From positions 1 through 42,954 of the forward strand of contig JAUCBJ010008364.1 in NCBI GenBank assembly GCA_032718475.1: 42,954 bases of DNA, read 5' to 3'. Position 1 is the first letter of the stretch, and every line of letters begins with the position of its first letter. Below are positions 37,450 through 42,954 of this stretch, piece by piece. The notes beneath the pieces were generated by a model. The model did no database searches, was not told the origin of the DNA, and saw only the letters and a list, made by a program, of their open reading frames with translations. The stretch comes from Nemertoderma westbladi (Eukaryota; Animalia; Xenacoelomorpha). A program made the translations under genes and the position numbers.

Positions 37450-40150
37450 ATGAGTCGAGAGAGAAGGAACGACACCGCCGCGGACCCCGGACGACGATCT
37501 AACGATCCGCGAGGCCACGGCGAGACGATACGAACCCACGACGCCGGTCGATGCTACGCCGACCACGTCGACGCAGGTTGACGCCACGTCGATAACGAGC
37601 AACACGGCGAACCAAGATGTGGGGGGTCGTCTACCAGGAGAGAGCGAGTCGAGTAGAGGAGACGAGACGGGGGAGGAGAGAAGACGAGTCGACGCGGAGC
37701 GAGGGTCGACGTACCGATGTCACCGGTCAGCCACAGACCGAGGGCGACGGACGGCCCACCGGAACGGCAACGGTGGGGCCGCCGGTACGACGCCGAACCC
37801 GGAGAGATGGAGGAGAGGTCGGCGACGAGGATGTCGGGGTTTCTGATCGACTTCGACGAGCCTACGCCGCGACCCGGGAACAACTGAAGGAAGCTAGAGG
37901 AGGGGCTGAGATAGACCAGGTGAAGTTGAGGAGACGACTAGGTGAGTCGAACAGATACTTTGATTACCTAGTGCGTTCTGGGCAGGGAGAACTGGCCGAG
38001 GAGAGAGCGAGAGGGGTTGCCTTCGAACTGTTTGGGCTATGGGAACGTAGGGGTATGGGGCCTGGTGTAGTGTACATAGGGCCATACTTAGTCGATGCCA
38101 GGGAAGTTAAGTTAGTGGGTTGGGCGGGACCGCACGAGGGCGAATCCGAGGTTAGCTCCGAGGATTCGGTCTCGTCGGTCAGCGAGGACCCCGGAAAGCG
38201 GGGGAAAGTTAGTAGGACGGAGGGGCGGCGGGAGTCCGTCGCAACCGATAAGTCTGCTACATCCTCCGCAAAAGAAAGAAGGGTGCAGGAGAAAAATCTG
38301 GCTGCATATAAATTAAAAATTGAAGAATTAGAGTGGCGACTGAGGGGAAGGAAGGAGCGAGAGAGTGAACGCGAAGAGCGTGAGGCAAGAGAACAGAGCG
38401 TGCGGTACACGTACAGTACGTACAGTAGCCGTACGGGCGAGGGGGGTAGTAGTAGTACGTTAGGAAATGTTGGTATTAATAGTACCGTAGTAAATAACCC
38501 TAATCCCTTTATTACAGGAAATATTTTACCCGGTAGTAGTAATTTAAGTTTAAATTCAAATAATAATATTAATTCAAATATTCAGAATAATCAAAATAAT
38601 TCAAATAATTCGAATAGCAATTTAAATTTTGAAAATAATAACAACTCTAATTTAAATAATTTAAATAATTCCGTTTCAAATTCTAATAATTCAATTGATT
38701 TAACAAATAATATTGGGAATGGTGCTATTAATATGAAGCGTCAGACGTGTATAGCCCGGCAGACGGCGGCCTGGTAGGCCACGTAGTTAGTAGACAGGAA
38801 GTGGCGGGGTTGCGCCAACCCGACGGCGGCCTGGTAGGCCACGTAGTTGGTAGGCAGGAGGTAGCGGGGTTGAGCCAACCCGGGGTGGGCCTGGTAGGCC
38901 TCGCAGTAGTAGGGAGAGAGGCGGGGGTGAATAGACCCAGCCGTAGTAGAGACAGTGTGTCGACTAGAGAGGGGTGTAGAGACGAAGTAAGAGATATTGA
39001 AGTTAGATGTGGCGGGTGGGGGGGGGGGCTACGGGCGCCCCACCACATGAGATTAGCGGCGAGAGAGGGGGGGCAGAGAATGCCCCACAAGAGGGGTGTA
39101 GAAGTGTAGTAAGAGGTAGTGAAGTTAGAAGTGGCGGGTGGGGGGGGGGCTGCGGGCGCCCCACCACAGAAGATTAGTGGCGAGAGAAAGGGGGTAGAAA
39201 ATGTCCGACAAGAGGGACGCAGAAGTGTAGTAAGAGATAGTGAAGTTAGAAGTAGCGGGTGGGGAGGGGCTACGGGCACCCCACCGCGAGGGATTAGTAG
39301 CGAGAGAGGGGGGGCAGGGAGTGTCCCACAGGCGTCGGCGGATAATGCGCGGGCCGAATTAGGTAAACCGCAACACCCGGCGATGGAGAGTAATAGGGGG
39401 ATTGCGAGTATCCCCAGCGGCGTGCGATCGAGCAGAGAGAGACAGGTTGACGTCGCGAGAGGGCGGGCGACGGAACGTCGAGCCCAGTTAGAAGAGAGAA
39501 GATTAGTAGAGTTTAATAGAGAGGTCGAAGATAGGAGAAGATTAGTAGAGTATAATAGAGAGGTCGAAGATAGAAGAAGATTAGCAGAGTTTAACCGAGA
39601 GGTCGAAGAGAGAAGAAAGGAAGATAATAGAAGAGTCGTTGCTAGGAGCAACCGGAGAGCGAGGACGGATAGCGAGCCGTCGCTAGTAGAGATGGAGTTA
39701 GGGAGTCAGTGGGGTCGAACTTCGGGAGATTGCCGTCGCCCCGGAGAAACGCACCGCACGCCAGGAGAGGGGTACAGGACGTACCGATACGAAGACGAGA
39801 GCAGGATAGGGGATCGAAGGGAAGCTTCCCGACGTGATATAGCTGCCGATCGAGAGTACGGTAGTCGCGGGGAGATTCGAGATTCGCGAAGAATAAACTT
39901 CGATTCGGAAGGGCACATGCAGACTGCAGGACATACTGTAGGCCTTACTGCACATACTATTATAGGCCATGCTGGGAGAGATAGAGTAGGCGATAGGGTA
40001 GCGCGGACGACGGGATTAAACCCGGAAGTCGCGGAGTACATACCGGTAGGTAGGCGAGAGGTAGGTAGGCCTATATCGGTACAGCAGCATGACTATAATT
40101 TCCAGGGACATAACATATATCCAGGGGAGGGGAGGAGTTATTGTAGATAG
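37450..40150 (+). pseudogene. Frameshifted, low-complexity N-terminal extension of gag
   Basis: Overlapping ORFs at 37617, 38747 and 39119 switch frame, several near G runs. Contains an Asn-rich tract and 60-, ~120- and 42-bp coding repeats. Confidence 0.55.
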
Positions 40151-42668
40151 ATGTATGGGCCCCAATATATTAACATCAACCCCAGTACCAAACATACCGG
40201 TGGGAGGGGGACAGGGTGACATTCCCCCATCACAATATCAACAATATACCCCAATAGGAGCGAGAACATCGAACCCCTTGGACGAGAACAGATCGTGCGA
40301 CACGGAAATATGGAGGGGGCCGTTACCCCCAATGATATATCCGACGCAACAAGCAAAGTCAACAACAAATAGGACGGACGGACCGTACCCAGCAGGAGAA
40401 ACTATACAACATCCATCGAACCCATTAGAAGCGCAAGCGATGGGAATGGCCACATTGATCGATGCTTTAAAAACTAGGATCGAGCTACCACCTGTGGAAC
40501 CATTTAAATTCGATGGGAGTAGGCCGGAAGAATATCTACAGTTTCGGCGCATGTATAGTAACGAAATATTAAGTAAGAACTTGACGCAGGCGGAGTGCCT
40601 AAAATATCTGCAAGTATATACTGGAGGCCCAGCATACGACATCGTGAGGCAATACCAGGGCATCGAGGGCGGCTTCACGACAGCATGGCGGGCGCTAGAT
40701 AGGGAATACGGGCACCCGGCCAAGATCATCCGGCAAACCCTGAGAGGCATAACATCGGGTGGCCTACAGGACAATCCCGTTAGCATAAGGACCTTTGCAA
40801 ACAAGGTCGAGAAGGCGTTAATCGTGTTAAAGACGCTAGACGCACCATACGAACTCAACGCGTCTAACAACATCACCACGATAGCGCAGGCACTGCCGAT
40901 CTGGTTACGAAGGAAGTGGAGGAAGATAGCCTTCTCCACACGGGAGAAGAAGGGTGCGGAACCGGGCTTAGAAGAGATGTCGAGCTTCCTCAACTATGAA
41001 GCCGAATTAATAACAGACCCAGTCTATAGCGAGGATAGTTTGGGGACAAGCCATAAACCCGAACACGATCCTGCATATCCACTCCCGAGAGTAGGACAAT
41101 CACTACCACATGCGGCCACACAGGGGACTGCTAGTCCACAGTTAGCTGGTAGCAGGGCCACACCGTGGCAGGGACAGAAAGAAAATAACACCATAAATAA
41201 ACATAATCCCAATGTACCCAGTAGGCCGAATACAGACAACCAAAACACTAAATCGGTACATATAAACCTACGCGCGATACGTGAGGGACTATACAGGGAA
41301 CGCTATGATCCAGGATTCGAATGTCAATTACATCGGGACGGAACACATAAGACCAGGAGTTGTAAGCACTGGCAAGCGTTGCCCAAACAAGATCGTATAG
41401 CCTACACAGACGCAAACGGACTATGTCATCGATGTGTGGTAGAAGGACACAGGTCCGGAGAGTGTAGAGAAACAGCAGTTAGAGAGTCCGAGACTGGAGG
41501 CCAAACAATGGCTACAAGCACGACAGAAGAGGAGAAGAAGAGAAAAGTACTACTCGGGGTAGTACCAGTAAAGATATCAGGAGAGGGCGGTCGATCAGTA
41601 ACGACATTAATGCTGGTCGACAGCGGAGCAGCCTTCACGCTGGTGGAGAACTGGGTGGCCGAAGAGATAGGGCTAAAGACGAGGCCGAACAGAATGGCGG
41701 TAACTACCGTCTCGAGTAAAGATGAGGTCCTGGAGACGAGGACGGGGCGGTGCAGGATAGCAGCGATTGCACCGGGATGCGGCTATGGGGCGACGATCGA
41801 CCCCATCCACGTCATCGAATCGATAAACATCAACGCCAGGCGACCGACCAACATTGAGGTCGAACAATACAGATTCCTGGACGGTATCGATTTCTCAATA
41901 CCAAAGGTGGACGTTAGGAAGGTGTCCATTATAGTAGGAATGGACTGCCCGACGGCCCATGAGAGGATGAAGACGGTCTTCGGCGAAGACAGGCAGCGGG
42001 ACCCGACGGCGATCCTCACGCCGTTCGGATGGACGCTTAGCGGCCCAGTTAAAACTAAGATCCCATGCAGTGTGACAGAGACATCAGGGTGCATGTTACC
42101 AGGCACCGCAGGCGCAGTGGACGAAGAGGAGAAACAGGAGATAGTAGAGCCAGATAGGGAGGTGACAGTAAGAAAGTGGGCAGAGGAGAGTAGGTTTCCC
42201 AACAAGCATCGGTATGGAGATGGAGCGGAGCGGACGGCGAGGTGTCCGGAGGACAACACTCCGGGGGAGTGCCCGGAGGAGTGTCGGAAGGAGTGTCTAG
42301 AGGAGTGTCCAGAGGAGTGTCCGGAAGAGACGCAGGTCCGGTTTGGAGGCATACCGACAAGGGGGAAGTCGAGAAGGAAGGCAGGATGGAAAGGGATAGG
42401 ACTACTATTCTACCTTCTGTTCTGCCTGTTCTTTCACTTTCTATTCATTCTGCCGGCGGGAGACAACAAGGAGGGAGGTGGCATTTTGATGCCAGGAGAT
42501 GAGCTAGTTAAGAAGACGGTGGAGAGACCCAACCTTAGGGTGGTGAAAGAGGGAGAGCCAATTCCTGGTCAGTTGGAGTTGGCGGGGAGAGCGTGGCGAA
42601 GAGTAAGAGGACGTATAGGAGGGCAGTGGGAGAGTGCCTACTGGAAGAAGGGGCACCTGAAAGTTTAG
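40089..42668 (+). CDS. BEL/Pao gag-protease polyprotein lacking RT, RNase H and integrase
   Basis: DUF1759-like ELPPVEPFKFDG..EYLQF. Zn knuckles CQLH...H...C and CHRC....H....C. Aspartic protease LVDSGA (41619). BEL-typical PTAILTPFGWTLSGP. Then CPEE repeats, a hydrophobic stretch and the stop. Confidence 0.85.
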   Translation: MTIISRDITYIQGRGGVIVDRCMGPNILTSTPVPNIPVGGGQGDIPPSQYQQYTPIGARTSNPLDENRSCDTEIWRGPLPPMIYPTQQAKSTTNRTDGPYPAGETIQHPSNPLEAQAMGMATLIDALKTRIELPPVEPFKFDGSRPEEYLQFRRMYSNEILSKNLTQAECLKYLQVYTGGPAYDIVRQYQGIEGGFTTAWRALDREYGHPAKIIRQTLRGITSGGLQDNPVSIRTFANKVEKALIVLKTLDAPYELNASNNITTIAQALPIWLRRKWRKIAFSTREKKGAEPGLEEMSSFLNYEAELITDPVYSEDSLGTSHKPEHDPAYPLPRVGQSLPHAATQGTASPQLAGSRATPWQGQKENNTINKHNPNVPSRPNTDNQNTKSVHINLRAIREGLYRERYDPGFECQLHRDGTHKTRSCKHWQALPKQDRIAYTDANGLCHRCVVEGHRSGECRETAVRESETGGQTMATSTTEEEKKRKVLLGVVPVKISGEGGRSVTTLMLVDSGAAFTLVENWVAEEIGLKTRPNRMAVTTVSSKDEVLETRTGRCRIAAIAPGCGYGATIDPIHVIESININARRPTNIEVEQYRFLDGIDFSIPKVDVRKVSIIVGMDCPTAHERMKTVFGEDRQRDPTAILTPFGWTLSGPVKTKIPCSVTETSGCMLPGTAGAVDEEEKQEIVEPDREVTVRKWAEESRFPNKHRYGDGAERTARCPEDNTPGECPEECRKECLEECPEECPEETQVRFGGIPTRGKSRRKAGWKGIGLLFYLLFCLFFHFLFILPAGDNKEGGGILMPGDELVKKTVERPNLRVVKEGEPIPGQLELAGRAWRRVRGRIGGQWESAYWKKGHLKV

Positions 42669-42687
42669 TCGTCCAAGATTTTGGACT

Positions 42688-42954
42688 GAGGGGGGTGGGA
42701 ATGAGGGCGAGACGCCCTTCCCACATATAAATAATTATTTAATAAATAATAAAATTAATTAAATAATAGTTAGAAGAGATAGTAAATAGTAGTCAGGAGA
42801 TAAGTTAGTAGAAGTAAGTAAGTTAGAAGGTGCCGGGCACAAGAGGTGCCGGGCACAAAAAGAGTTAGTAGAGTTAGAAGAGACGTTAGTAGAGTCAGTA
42901 GTAGTTCACATAATTGACGTACCCACTCTGCCGGCACTCAGAGCGTCACGTGTA
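42688..42954 (+). mobile_element. Polypurine tract (42688-42701) and start of a putative 3' LTR (from 42702)
   Basis: GAGGGGGGTGGGAA followed by TG, 20 nt after the ORF stop. This is the usual position in LTR elements. Confidence 0.5.

Noticed and set aside
38728-40993. Long antisense ORFs (307 and 251 aa) in the BEL element
   Set aside because: They mirror the repetitive, purine-rich sense ORF and show no domain motifs.

Overview
Eukaryotic, AT-rich, transposon-dense genomic DNA, most likely from an invertebrate animal (inferred from the repeat families). There are no prokaryotic features, CRISPR arrays or rRNA. The only host-type genes are two tandem, intronless TRIM/RBCC paralogs (RING, two B-box-like domains, coiled coil, 9-aa repeat linker, beta-rich C-terminal domain). 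Copy 1 (25877-28351) has one premature stop. Copy 2 (30125-35056) is interrupted inside its RING by a 2.8-kb GG..CC-ended DNA transposon with an 8-bp TSD (Merlin-like). The ends of that transposon could restore the reading frame by splicing or supply a new in-frame ATG. Other elements: an intact single-ORF RTE LINE whose empty site survives in a nearby duplicate; a decayed CR1-group LINE plus a truncated ORF1 copy; a 5'-truncated L2/CR1-like LINE expanded to 7.8 kb between 28-bp direct repeats; several non-autonomous hairpin-ended (Helentron/HINE- or MITE-like) elements; a tRNA-derived SINE; LTR-like pieces; and a BEL/Pao element encoding gag-protease plus a hydrophobic tail but no RT, RNase H or integrase. 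All alignments and domain calls were made by eye, so coordinates of degenerate boundaries are approximate.
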